Shown here: piece after piece, positions 23,037-37,400 of the stretch | Layout: each line of letters starts with the position of its first letter | How positions within the stretch are numbered: the stretch's first letter is position 1 | NCBI RefSeq assembly: GCF_006345805.1 | Contig: NC_042998.1 | Location: forward strand, 29,202,001-29,266,000 | Length of the DNA stretch: 64,000 bases | Direction: 5' to 3' | Origin: Octopus sinensis | Taxonomy: Eukaryota | Made by a program: the position numbers and the translations under genes | The notes under the pieces: generated by a model | The model's input: only the letters and a program-made list of their open reading frames with translations | The model's database searches: none | What the model was told of the DNA's origin: nothing

Positions 23037-23526
23037 GCTATCGTCTGCTCAAGATTCGTAAAGTAATACTTCGGTTATTTCCGGCTAATCTCGCTTTTAA
23101 ACGATGTTTGTCAAATACGTATGTGTGTTTTTGTGTGCGTCTACTTGTGTGCTCCGTACGCACGCTTGTGAGTATGAGAAAGAAAGGAAAACACACACGC
23201 ATATACATATATATATATATATATGCACATGTATGTCTACATACATACATATACACACACGTATATATACAAACATATCTAAATGTATAATAGATACACA
23301 CACACATACATACATACTGCTATCGTCTGGTCACAATTTGTAAAGTAATACCTCGGTTATTTCCGGTTAATCTCGCTTTTAACCGTTATTCGTCAGATAC
23401 TTGTGTGTGTGTGTGCATGTGTATCTATGTATGCGTGCTGTGTGCGCACGCGTTGAGTGTATGAGAGAGAGAAAGGATAACACATACACATGTATATATG
23501 CATGTATATATGCATATATATATATA

Positions 23527-23568
<42 letters not shown>

Positions 23569-23600
23569 ATATATATATTATATATAAAGAGAAATAATTG
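23037..23600. repeat. Diverged tandem duplication, period ~282 bp
   Basis: GCTATCGTCTG...GGTTATTTCCGG.TAATCTCGCTTTTAA at 23037 and 23319. Confidence 0.8.
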
Positions 23601-23771
23601 AAATTCAGTTGAATTAGGTATGTAAAATTAGCCGTTTGAAACGGCCGTAATGCACTGATATCTGGAAATCACTGTTACTTATTTGCCACACACATACATA
23701 CACATACATCCACACACACACACACACACACACATAGAAACATACATAAATGTATAATGGATATATATATT

Positions 23772-24202
23772 ACTCTCTCTTTTTTTCTCTCTTTTATTTG
23801 TTTCAGTCATTTGACTGCGGCCATGCTGGAGCACCGCCTTTTAGTCGAGCAAATCGACCCCGGGCCTTATTCGTTGTAAGCCCAGTACTTATTCTATCGG
23901 TCTCTTTTGCCGAACCGCTAAGTGACGGGGACGTAAACACACCAGCATCGGTTGTCAAGCAATGCTAGGGGAACAAACACAGACACACAAACACACACAC
24001 ACACACAAACACACATATATATATATATACATATATACGACAGGCTTCTTTCAGTTTCCGTCTACCAAATCCACTCACAAGGCATTGGTCGGCCCAGGGC
24101 TATAGCAGAAGACACTTGCCCAAGGTGCCACGCAGTGGGACTGAACCCGGAACCATGTGGTTTGTAAGCAAGCTACTTACCACACAGCCACTCCTGCGTC
24201 TC
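23772..24202 (-). mobile_element. Family A SINE, full length
   Basis: Reverse complement of the family A consensus. Confidence 0.9.
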
Positions 24203-24203
24203 T

Positions 24204-24462
24204 TTACTCTTTCCTTTATTACTTGTTTCAGTCATTTGACTGTGGCCATGCTGGAGCACCGCCTTTTAGTGGAGCAAATCGACCCCAGGACTTATTCTTT
24301 GTGAGCCTAGTACTTATTCTATCGGTCTCTTTTGCCGAAGCGCTATATTACGGGTACGTAAACACACCACCATCGGTTGTCAAGCGATGTTGGGGGACAT
24401 ACACAGACACATGACCGCAGTCAAATGACTGAAACAAGTAAAAGAGTAAAAGAGAGAGTAAA
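24204..24462. mobile_element. Family A 3' half (minus) followed by an inverted tail fragment (plus)
   Basis: CAGTCATTTGACTG near 24230 and CAGTCAAATGACTG near 24418. Confidence 0.8.
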
Positions 24463-25002
24463 AAGTTTAATGTCTTAGGGATAGCAGGATGTATCGGCCT
24501 AACTTAACTCTTTTTCCGTAAATACCGGTAACTATAAGTGTATTGCAGCAAAGATAAAATGAACAACGTGCAATCTCTGAAAAGGATCCAAAAGTTCTCA
24601 TAGCTGACGTCAGCCGTTTGTGTTCTGCTGTTGACTACTTGGTACAAAATGTGAAAAACGGCAAAACACCAACGACTGCAAAACTTGTAAAGATTATGCT
24701 TCCATATAAACAAGTAAATTAAATTTGAAGGATTCATTTATATTTTCTTGAAATTCTCTCTTCTTTTCTGTCAGACTTCTAATAATTAACCTTCTTTTAT
24801 TTCTTTATTCAAGTAAAAATAAAATTTTAGCTAATTAATTAATTAATAATTCATATCGTACAACTTCCTGGGCCTCACTTTTCAGTTTATTTATCTAAAG
24901 TCATATCATTAGCCTATGTAAATTATTTTCTTTCTCTTACATTTTTTAGATTGTTTTTTGTTTCCTTGTTTGTAGAAAGCTATTTGTAACATTTTTAAAC
25001 AG

Positions 25003-25377
25003 AGGCGGAGGCGTGACTGTGTCGTAAAAAGTTTATTTCCCGACCGCATCGTTTGGGGTTCAGACCCACAGTGTGACACCATGGGCAAGTGTCTTCTACT
25101 ATAGCCTCGGACTGAGCAAAACCTCGTGAGTGGATTTGGTAGATGATAACTGGAAGCCCGTTGTATATATACATATTTGTATGTGTGTGTGTGTTTGTAT
25201 TTGTTCCTCCTCACCGCTTGACAACCGGTGCCCATAACTTTGCAGTTCGCCCATCGAGATTGACAGAATAAGTACCAGGCTTTTAAGAAAGAAGTAGTAG
25301 GGTCGATTTATTCAATTAAAATTCTTGGAAGCGGAGCCCCAGCATGGCCGAAATCTAATGACTGAAACAAGTAAGAT
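25003..25377 (+). mobile_element. Family A SINE, older diverged variant
   Basis: Diverged head and tail with the same layout. Confidence 0.8.
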
Positions 25378-26019
25378 ATGGGTGGGGGACATAAATTATC
25401 GGACGAGAGGTGAATACAATACCAGATGGGTTTCAGCTTCTTTCCTATTTGGTTGAGATAATCATTATTCAACGATGTTTACCCCTATACAGTGAGGATA
25501 GAATTTCGATTATAATGATCGCATATGTATCTTGGCACTACCTTCATTATTCATAATAATATTCTGGTGCTAGAATCTCTTTTGGGCATAGCACACTTGA
25601 GACATAACGTGGAACAGGAAAATGAGCTTTAGAAATACAACCTATACTGTTTTGAGGAAAAGTTAATTAGTGCTGTGTCTCAGCGGATTCGAATAAGATA
25701 GAGCGAGTTGAAATTTGCGCAGGCATTCAATAGAGTTATAGGAAGATTGTAGAATATTTCATGGATTCAATTATGTTCAAGATATAATGAAGGCTATATA
25801 ATAAACGTAAACCATTGTTTTAATATGTTGATGCTAAAGTTTCATATTGTTATAATGTCACTTTGTAGCTAATTCATTTGTGAAATACAAATTTTCATGG
25901 AAAATATTAGTATATTTAGACGCACGCAGATAAACTAGAGTGTCACTGATCCGGTCATGGATACAAAACGAAAGATATTGTTACCAAATAATATTTATAA
26001 TCTTTTCTACTCTAGACAC

Positions 26020-26588
26020 AAGACCCAAAATTTTGGGGAAGGGGGCCAGTTGATTAGATCGACCCCAGTACGCAACTAGTACTTAATTTATCGACCTCGG
26101 CGGAATTTGAACTCAGAACGTAAAGACAGACGAAATACCTCTAAGCGTTTTGTCCGGCGTGCTAACGTTTCTTATTTCTTTATTGTCCACAAGGGGCTAA
26201 ATAGAGGGGACAAACAAGGACAGACAAAGGAATTAAGTCGATTACATTGACCTCAGTGCGTAACTGGTACTTATTTAATCGACCCCGAAACGATGAAAGG
26301 CAAAGTCGACCTCGGCGGAATTTGAACTCAGAAGGTAGCAGTAAACGAAACACCTATTTCTTTATTACTCACAAGGGGCTAAACATAGAGGGGACAAACA
26401 AGGACAGACAAACGGATTAAGTCGTTTACATCGACCCCAGTGCGTAACTGGTACTTAATTTATCGACCCCCGAAAAGATGAAAGGCAAAGTCGACCTCGG
26501 CGGAATTTGAACTCAGAACCTTGCGACAGGCGAAATACCGCGAAACATTTCATCCAGCGCGCTAACGATTCTGCCAACTCGCCGCCTT
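26020..26588 (-). mobile_element. Family B SINE, multimeric
   Basis: Two ~181-bp units plus a partial third. Confidence 0.85.
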
Positions 26589-26657
26589 AAAAAATTTATA
26601 ATGGTTACAAAATTATAAAATAAAAATGATTACAAAAAAATATAAGATCAAGCATAT

Positions 26658-27056
26658 AGGTGCAAGAAGATTGGGGTAAGAAGATTGATTTCCAACCACA
26701 TAGTTCCAGGTTCAAATTCACTACATGGCACCTGGGGCAAGTGTTTTCTTCTATAGTCTCGGGCCTACCAAAGTCTTGTGAGTGGATTTTGTTGACGGAA
26801 ACTGAAAGAAGCCAGTTGCATAAATGTGTGCGCCCCCGTGCGTCTATGTTTGGCCCCACAACCGCTTGGCAACCGGTATTAGTTTGTTTACGAACCTGTA
26901 ACGTAGTGGTTCGACAACGGAGACCGAAAGAATAAGAACCTGGCTTTAAGAAAAATAAATACTTGAGCTGATTCATTCGATTAAAAATTCTTCAAGGCAG
27001 TGCCCCAGCATGGCCACGGTCTAATGACTGAAGCAAATAAAAGATACAAGATAAAA
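26658..27056 (+). mobile_element. Family A SINE, diverged variant
   Basis: GGCACCTGGGGCAAGTG...CCCCAGCATGGCCACGGTCTAATGACTGAAGC. Confidence 0.8.
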
Positions 27057-27402
27057 GGTATGTTTATCAAAACTTACAACGATTCCGACAAAGCAATTAT
27101 TTCGGTCTGACATACTCTCAAACCAAATCCAATTGTCAAAGCAAATACAGCTCAAGAAATATCTTATCTGCAAGATTTTCAAATCTAATATTACCGCTTA
27201 AGGTTAAATCTATTCAAAGCAACTAGGTTACAAAACCTATCATACTTCAGTTTTGGTAAGATTTTTTTCTTCTGCTTTTCATTTTAAAATTATGAAATAA
27301 AATAACTTGAAAAGCAAAAGTCTCTAACTACTTTCGTTTTTTTTAATGCATCGAATTTCTGAAGTGGCGAAGCTGTTTAGTCTATTTTTGCTGACACATA
27401 CT

Positions 27403-27653
27403 ACGGTACTCCGTCGGTTACGACGACAAGGGTTTATGGTGAACTTAATTAACGGAATAGCCTGCTCGTGAAATTAACGTGCAAGTGGCTGAGCATTCCA
27501 CATACACATGTACTCTTAACGTAGTTCTCGGATCGGAGGGGGGGGCGGAATTCAGCTTGACACAGTATGTGACAAGGCTGGCCCTTTGAAATACAGGTAC
27601 AACAGAAACAGGAAGAAAATAGTGAGAATAAGCCGTGGTGAAAGAATACAGCA

Positions 27654-27655
<2 letters not shown>
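27403..27655 (-). mobile_element. Family E SINE, 3' part
   Basis: Reverse complement matches 45830-46040. Confidence 0.8.
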
Positions 27656-27699
<44 letters not shown>

Positions 27700-27768
27700 T
27701 GTATATATATTATATATATATATATATGTATATATATATGTATATATATATATATGTATACTGCTGTA

Positions 27769-27800
<32 letters not shown>

Positions 27801-28185
27801 CATACATATATATACATATACATATATACATATACATACATATATAACATATATACATATACATACAGATATATACATATATACCTATACATATATATAT
27901 ATATACATATATACATATAACAATATATCTATTATACATATATATTACATATAGATATAATATATATACATATATATAATACATATATACATAATATCTA
28001 CATATATACATATATATATATACATATAATATATTTATACATATATATATATACATATATATATATATATGTATATATATATTATGTATATATAGTATAT
28101 GTATATAATATATATATGTATATATATGTATATGTATATATATATATATGTATATATATATGTATAGTATATAGTATATATATGT

Positions 28186-28233
<48 letters not shown>

Positions 28234-28454
28234 GTATATTATATGTATATGTATATATATATATTACAGTATATATATATAATACATATATATATATATG
28301 TATATGTATACATATATATATATGTATATATATTATATATGCATATATATATTATATGTATATATATATAGATGTATATATATATATATGTATATATATA
28401 TATGTATATATATGTAACTATATATATATGTAATATATATATTATGTATATTAG

Positions 28455-28489
<35 letters not shown>

Positions 28490-28576
28490 ACATATATATA
28501 TATACATATATATATATAGATATGTATATGTATACATATATATATTTACATATTAATATATATATGTATAGTATAC

Positions 28577-28625
<49 letters not shown>

Positions 28626-28666
28626 TATATATGGATATATATATATATATATATATATGTATATGT

Positions 28667-28710
<44 letters not shown>

Positions 28711-28809
28711 TATATATATATTGTATATATATATATGTATATATATGTATATATATATGTATATATATATGTATATATATGTATATATATATATGTATAT
28801 ATTATATGT

Positions 28810-28842
<33 letters not shown>

Positions 28843-28874
28843 ATATACATATATATATATATATATACATAATA

Positions 28875-28938
<64 letters not shown>

Positions 28939-29060
28939 ATACAGATACTATATATATATATATACGTATACATATATATATATTATATACATATATATAT
29001 ATATAACATATACATATATATTATATATATATACATATATATATATATATACATATACAT

Positions 29061-29092
<32 letters not shown>

Positions 29093-29141
29093 CATATACA
29101 TATATATATATATATATAATATATATATATATACATATACA

Positions 29142-29179
<38 letters not shown>

Positions 29180-29186
29180 CATATTA

Positions 29187-29284
<98 letters not shown>

Positions 29285-29342
29285 TATACATATATATATA
29301 TATATACATATATATATTATATATATATATATATACCTATAT

Positions 29343-29376
<34 letters not shown>

Positions 29377-29417
29377 ATATATTATATACATATATATATA
29401 TATATATACAATACATA

Positions 29418-29451
<34 letters not shown>

Positions 29452-29497
29452 ACATATACATATATATAATATATATATATATAATACATATACATAT

Positions 29498-29531
<34 letters not shown>

Positions 29532-29575
29532 ATGGCTGAAACAAGTAAAAGAGTAAAAGGTATATATATATATAC

Positions 29576-29612
<37 letters not shown>

Positions 29613-29770
29613 CAATATATATTATATAATACATATATATATATACATATACATATATAGACATATGATATATTAATATTATAGTATACATATATATATA
29701 TATACATATACATATATATACATATATATATATATATTATATATAATACATATATATATATATACAATAT

Positions 29771-29818
<48 letters not shown>

Positions 29819-29964
29819 CATATATTATATATATACATATAACATATATATATATATACTATATTATATATATACATATATATAGATATATATATACCTA
29901 TATATATATATATACTATATATATATAATACATATATATATATACTATATATATATAATAATAC

Positions 29965-29997
<33 letters not shown>

Positions 29998-30309
29998 CAT
30001 TATATTATATATATATATATAACCATATATATATACATATATACATATATATATATATATACAAATATATCTATATATATAGATATATATATATATAATA
30101 TATATAATATATATATATATATATACATATATATACATATATATACATATATATATACAAATATATATATATACATATATATATATATTATATACCTATA
30201 TATATATATATATACATATATAATATATATATATATTATAACATTATTTATACATATATATATATATATATACATATATATATTATATATATATACATAT
30301 ATACCTATA

Positions 30310-30347
<38 letters not shown>

Positions 30348-30380
30348 CATATATACATATATATATATATACATATATAC

Positions 30381-30451
<71 letters not shown>

Positions 30452-30770
30452 TATAATATAGTATACATACATATATATATACATATATATACATACTCTC
30501 TCATGCACCAAATAGCAGTTGCTAGAAAGCCTCCATGAAGTAAAACCAAGTAGCAACACCAAATGGCGGTGCACCAGCATGGCCACAGCTCATAGGCTGG
30601 AACTGGAATCAATCAATCAATCAATCAATCATACATATATAGAATACACATTATATATATATATATATATACACATACATATATAATATAGATGTATACT
30701 GCGTATATATTATATAATATATATATATACTAATATACATATATATATATATAACATATATATAATATTA
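27655..30770. repeat. ~3.1-kb degenerate (TA)n array
   Basis: TA repeats with TACA and TATG variants. Confidence 0.97.
30495..30630 (+). mobile_element. 3' stub of the LINE 3 family with (TCAA)n tail
   Basis: Near-identical to the reverse complement of ~44348-44482. Confidence 0.9.
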
Positions 30771-32869
30771 TATATGTGTGTCTGTGTGTGTGTGTTATTT
30801 ATGTATATTTCTTCTAAATGACAACTAGAATAGCAGAGAGCAGTTTTTAATGTATCACTAATTGACATTTGATAATGTTCTAATGAAATTCATAATTTTA
30901 GAGATATGTGCAGTATTATTAATCACAGTAAGAGCATTGGTAATAGTAGTGAAATGAAACTAGAGCGCAAATGACTCTTGTCGTACATAGGAATCATAAG
31001 CGGTTCAGCATATCAGTAACCGGACTTCATATGAAGAAACATCAAGCATTTGTAATCGCTGGTTCGCGAAATTAAAAAATGAAACGCATAAACTCATTTT
31101 CCCTTTGAAAATTTCCCAATGAAATTGAAAGGTGATTATTCACGTATCGAATGCAAATATTCAACATCGAAAAGTTTCCATTTCATTCATTAAATTTTCT
31201 CCATTATATATTTCATTAACCTTATCTTACACACTCACACACGCACACATGTATGCATACATACATACATATGTATATATATATATATATATATTAACTG
31301 TTGAAGTGGACGGACGTCTATTTGTTTCTCTCCCAAGTCAGTAGCAAGCTACACAGCTTCAAATCCTAACTGACCTTAAATATATATATATTTGTAACCA
31401 CGTGTTTGCCTACAAACCCGTAAGTACGTTTTCATTTAACTACAAATTGTTATATACACCTGTTTTTCTTTTAATATCCTCAAACAACCAAATAATCAAA
31501 ACTCACACCCTTAAGAGAGAACATTTATATATATAACACTCTTTAACTCCCAAGAAAGAATATATATATTTTCAAAAATCAAAAGGAAAACAAACAAAAG
31601 AAAAACAAACATGACTAACTTGCAGCCTGCAACAGACGAAATTGCTCTGATAACGAAATTGATGTTTTAATAAACACATGGTTCTCTCTTTCCCAAACAG
31701 AAAATCTAAATGTTTTTGTGTTTTGAATGAGATTGCCGAAAAAACATCACAAGTGTCAACACACGATCCGTCAAACAGATTCATAGCAACTGAAACATAT
31801 CGAAGTATCTTTCAAACTGACAAAAGGCCATTATGAAAAGCTTCTTCATATTTTCACAGTTCAAGAACAGCAACAGCTAGAAAATCAGCAGCCACAACAA
31901 CAACAACAACAGAATGAGCCACTCCTGGTTCCCAGCACAATGGCTGACCCTAACATAGGTAAAGCACAACAACAACAACAGCCACAGCAACAAGAACAAC
32001 AACAGCCACTCCTCAACTCTAGCTTACTAGATGATTCACTAAATGCCAGTATCTTTTCACCGCTCTCACGGCAACCACCACAATTATCATCATCATCATC
32101 ACCACCGCTGCCACCATCGTCTTCTATCACCAAAAATACCAACAGAAAACCAAATAAGAAACCACTGCCCTCTTCCCCCACATCACCACCTCAATACTAC
32201 TGCAGTAACAAAAACTTAAAGAAACATAGGAAGCAGAATGCGCCCCCCACGGCACAAACAAGAAATCCCCAAATATGCCGCTATTCACTGCGCCAGAGAC
32301 TCTGCACAAATAGTGACTGCATCTTCACGCATCTACCCGGCACTAGACGCACTACCGGCCAAGGCCAAAGCACGCATCCTACAATAACATCAACACCACC
32401 AAATAGTAATCGAAATTCAAAACACACAAACTCGGAGTCCCAAAATCTGCCGGTATTCCCAACGTGAGAGAACATGTCTGCTGAGTGACTGTCCCTTCAC
32501 TCATCTTCCAGGGACCCGACGCACAAACAGAAACGGGGCTTCAAGCCAACCACAAACCTGAATAAAAATAAAAATAGAAACACACCATGCTGCAGTAAGC
32601 TGGTCCAGTCTTTTCAGGAAGACACAAAAACAACAACAACAAAAGTGGAAACTAACAACCCTATCCAACAGTGCACCACCCCCACCCAGCCCAAAAACTG
32701 CTCCCTAAGCAGGAAAATTCTTTTTTAGCCATGTTGAACATGGCAAAAGAGATACACAAAAAATTCTAACCATCACTCCACCATCCTATGCTATTACCCC
32801 AGTGAACCAATTCCCCACATTGCTGCCTAACACACACAAAACATCCAAGCCCCCTGCAACAGTCAAAAC

Positions 32870-33594
32870 CAGCCACTACACTAACCTCCACATTCCTACT
32901 CAATGCACAAGGTGTCAGCCCTTCCATCAATGCACAAAAATTGATGGTCCAATTCATTGAAGACTGGGTTGGTAACCATTCACACCACATCCCTTTCTTC
33001 ATTCTCACTGAGACCCACCTTGACAACTCCCACTTGGAAGCCGAAGTGAGAGTGAAGAATTTCACAACCATCCGCGCGGATCGTATCGGCAGGAGGAAGG
33101 GTGGAACTGCCATTTTCCTGCATGATTCATTTACGGCAGATGGAAATAGTATATTCTCCAACGGCTACTGTGAATCAGTCACCGTGCACAACAAAGTCAA
33201 TGACCTGACAGTAGTTGGGCTCTATAGGCCGCCCCAAACACACATACTGTGCTTTAAAGAATGTCTCAACAGCATTAAGTGCTTTATTCAACAGTGCCAT
33301 TCTAGCAACATACTCATGATGGGAGACTTCAATCTAACCTGTGTTGACTGGACTACAAACTGTTTGAAACCAAGCACTCCCGCCTCAACCGCTGACAAAG
33401 AAGCAGCAGAGTCACTTTTCGACTTTACGAATGAGTTTTTCTTGTCCCAACTTGTCCTTGCACCAACAAGACATCAGAACATTTTGGACCTAGTGTTTAG
33501 TAACCACACTAACACTATACATAACGTTACAGTGGAAAAAACCCTTCTTTCAGACCATGACATGGTTCTCTGTAACATGAAATTCCACCAGTAG
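32870..33594 (+). pseudogene. LINE 2 APE endonuclease
   Basis: FLLNAQG, LTETHL, GLYRPP, MGDFNL, LSDHDMV; in-frame TAG at 33592-33594. Confidence 0.9.
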
Positions 33595-33699
33595 AAAGCT
33601 AATCCTAGTGACCTTCCTCCAGCCCACCCATTTGACAACATGGATCTCAACTGGGATGCAATCAGGAACGAGCTATCACATGTTGATTGGTCCTTTACA

Positions 33700-35820
33700 C
33701 ATACACACATCTCCACCAACCATAAAACATCTTGGCAGATCTTGTAGACACCGTCACAGACATATGTGCAAAACACTCCCACCAAGACCTGTGAACAAAA
33801 AGTGCAGAATCCCCCAAAACAGAAAACCATTATCAGAAAAATAAAAAGAACAAACAAACAAAAAAATAACAAACTAAAGTACTGCCAACAGCAACACACA
33901 CATTCGACGGCTATCGCACTGCTTGAATCCAAAAAATATAACCTCCAACAATGCATGAAGACCCTCATCAATAACCAAAGATCAGCTGAGGAGAAGTGGG
34001 CCATTGAAAAAATCAAACTCAACCCCAAAGTGTTCTTTTCATTTGGCGAGGAAACGCAGGGTCACTGTCTCCACTGTAGGCCCTCTAATTGACGAAACTG
34101 GCACTCTCCAAGATAATGCCAAATCCATGGCCGAGATACTGCAGAAACAATACTGCTCTGTTTTCAGTAATCCTGATATGGCCGATCTGGCTGTATCAGT
34201 GTCATGTCAACCCCCAACACACTATATCGGACATAACGTTTAGTGCCCCTGATGTCTTAGCGGCGATAAACGAAATAAAACACAATTCAGCAGTAGGCCC
34301 CGATAGGTTCCCTGCTTGTGTCCTGAAGGTGTGTCGACACCAACTTGCATCTCCCCTTGCTAATCTGTGGAGAAACTCACTGGATGCTGGCTATATTCCA
34401 AAAAACCTTCTGTCCCAGTCTGTTGTCCCAGTTTTCAAAAAGGGAAACAAGTCCCTTGCAGTGAATTACCGTCCGATCTCACTCACCTCTCATATCATCA
34501 AGGTATTTGAGAGGGTGGTGAGATCTCGAATAACCCAATTTCTGGAAAGTAACAGACGGCTGATCTCCCACCAACATGGGTTCCGTAATGGAAGGGACTG
34601 CCTAACGCAGCTCCTGCATCACTTTGAGGACATTTTGAGAGCTTTGGGAGAGGGCTCCAACACCGATGTCATCTACCTTGATTTCAGTAAGGCCTTCGAC
34701 AGGGTCGATCACAAGATCCTATTGAAAAAACTATCCAACATTGGTGTCTCTGGAAAGTTACTGAAATGGATCAAGTGTTCCTGACAGACAGATCTCAACA
34801 TGTTGTAGTTGAAGGGGTAAATCAAGCCCAGCCAAAGTCAGTAGTGGCGTTCCGCAAGGCACTGTGCTGGGCCCACTTCTTTTCATCATTTACATTAATG
34901 ACATTAATGACATCATCAAGCACAGCAACATAAAAATCTTTGCAGATGACTCCAAGCTACAGAAGGTCATAAATGAGGCGAGTGACCGGACATGCCTCAG
35001 TCAGATCTACTGGCTGTTATCCAATGGGCAGAAAAAAACAATATGCTGCTGAACGAGGATAAATTTGAGCTAATCCACTTTGGAAGAGGATGCCCTGAAA
35101 CTCCATACTGCCTTCCTTCAGGTGAAACTCTCGCGGCGTCCAACAACATCAGAGACCTGGGAGTAATTGTGGACAACAACATAAGCTGGGCCACTCATAT
35201 AAACACCAAAGTTGACATGGCCCGCAGAATGTGTTCCTGGATTCTCAGAACTTTCCAGTCGAGAGATATCCACACCATTATCCTTCTCTTCTCCACTTTT
35301 GCCCGACCCCACCTTGAATACTGTTGTCCACTGTGGTCTCCCCACACAATACAAGGTATCATAAAAGTTGAAGCACCTCAAAGGGCAATCACAAAAAAGA
35401 TAGATGGCATGACAGGCCTCGACTATTGGGGTCGACTAGAAAAGCTAAAACTCTATTCTCTCCAACGTCGTCGTGAGCGCTACATCATCATCTGCATGAT
35501 GTGGAAAATATTCCATCAGCATTGCCCAATGATGTTGGCATCACCTTTAAGGTACATACAAGGCTTGGGCCCCGTGCCATCCACCCAAAACAAAAATCGC
35601 ACTCTCATCTCATAACAACAATACGGCACAATTATTTCACCTCAATTGGCCCGCTCTCTTAACATTACACCAAAACACATTAAAACAGAAACTGACCCTA
35701 TAGGGTTCAAGAAGTCTTTGGACAGATTCCTTCAAGAAATCACGATAAACCCCCTACACCCCGATATGTCTCTGTAAACAATAACTCTCTACTTGAGTGG
35801 GCCATAGTGCCCAAATTCTG
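33700..35820 (+). pseudogene. LINE 2 reverse transcriptase, multiple frameshifts
   Basis: YRPISLTS, YLDFSKAFDRVDH, FADDSK, LYSLQRRRERY. Confidence 0.92.
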
Positions 35821-35900
35821 ACTTGAAAGACTTCACCAGGTGGTGCTATTAAGTTAGACATGGCCTGGCCAATAATGGCCGAAACCTATCAAAGTATCAA

Positions 35901-35902
<2 letters not shown>

Positions 35903-35955
<53 letters not shown>

Positions 35956-36420
35956 ATATATATTTATATACATACATATATATATACACATATACATGCA
36001 TATATAAAGAAATATACATATATAAATATACACACATATATATATACATCTACATATATATATATAGATATACACATACATAAATACATATATATATATA
36101 TACATACATACACACATGTATATATATATGTACACATACATACACACACATACACACACACATATATATACACACACACACACACATATATATCTATATA
36201 TACACACACATATTTATCTATATCTATATATATATTAAATCTATATCTATCTATCTATATATATATCTATATCTATCTATCTATATATATATCTATATCT
36301 ATCTATCTATATATATATCTATATCTATCTATCTATATATATATCTATATCTATCTATCTATATATATATCTATATCTATCTATCTATCTATCTATATAT
36401 ATATATATATATATATACAA
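35903..36420. repeat. (TA)n/(CA)n/(TCTA)n compound microsatellite
   Basis: Read directly. Confidence 0.95.
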
Positions 36421-37039
36421 ATTATATATAATGCTGTATGTTTATAATTTATAATTTTATTGTTAACGTCGTTTTTCATAACATTGTCTACGCATGAATT
36501 ATCGATAAACTGGAGAAGAAAGAAAACTTGATGAGCAATTTACTTCTCTGTACTGAAATTTAGTTTGAATTTTATAACTCACAGAGAACATACCCAGGTC
36601 AAAGCATAACATTAAAGCTGAAACAAGAAAGGGAATTATTAGAGATTTTAAATTAATAAGAATGTTGTAATAAAATTTTTTGAAGTTCATGATTTTACTA
36701 AGAATTTTAAAGCAATATGTTGCATGTCTCCTAAATATTTACAAAATAAAACTGTTCAAAGTATTTGAGTTAATTGTAAATTATATTGTTTTACTCATCG
36801 TTTGTCAGAATGAATTCGAACGAATAATAATAATAATAATAATGATGATGATGATGATTCTCATGGCTTCTGATCTTAACTTATTGGTAGTGTTACTATG
36901 TAGATTGCTTTGTCTTGGTGTAACAGATGCAATACATAAAATATTCTGCTCAATATCACACATTCGCTCGTCAAATGTTTGACAATTTGAGCATGTCGCT
37001 TGGCGGTTGATAATATGTGCATCTCTGATCACCATAGAA

Positions 37040-37400
37040 ATTATTGGGGTGGCATCATAGCCATGTGTTGAGGGGAATTTTGTGGGGTTTGAATAAGACA
37101 CCAGAGAAGAGATTTCAGCTGAACAATGTCCATGGAAATATTTAAAGAAAGGAGACAAGGAAGCCACATGACGACGATGAGAGAATGAATCCAATTTAGA
37201 AGATAGATCAGGACCAATAACATTACAAATACGGTGTTGAGTGCGGTCCAACAGAGTTATGCAATCCGCAGGAGCACCTGCCCATATGTGACAGCAGTAC
37301 TCAATACAGGGGCGAATGGTACCGCAACAAGTGAGGACATCCGTTTTACTCGACGCTTACCCTTACATTACAAATATTGTACCTTGTTCGCGAGGCTTGA
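37040..37400 (-). pseudogene. C-terminal fragment of another CR1/L2-group LINE RT
   Basis: RPCIEYCCHIWAG...LDRTQHRICNVIG...FSHRRHVASLSPFFKYFHGHCSAE. Confidence 0.75.

Larger units (their letters stand above)
31294..35903 (+). mobile_element. CR1-group LINE (copy 2), probably near full length, disrupted
   Basis: Putative ATG at 31611, poly-Q, CCCH fingers (32276-32332, 32448-32504), APE, RT and a 3' end like copy 1; (TA)n on both flanks; 5' boundary uncertain. Confidence 0.9.

Noticed and set aside
27445-30612. Many long YI/IY-rich ORFs (also at 583-807, 35860-36447, 46492-47057 and 58607-60809)
   Set aside because: Translations of (TA)n, which lacks stops in some frames; no protein signal.
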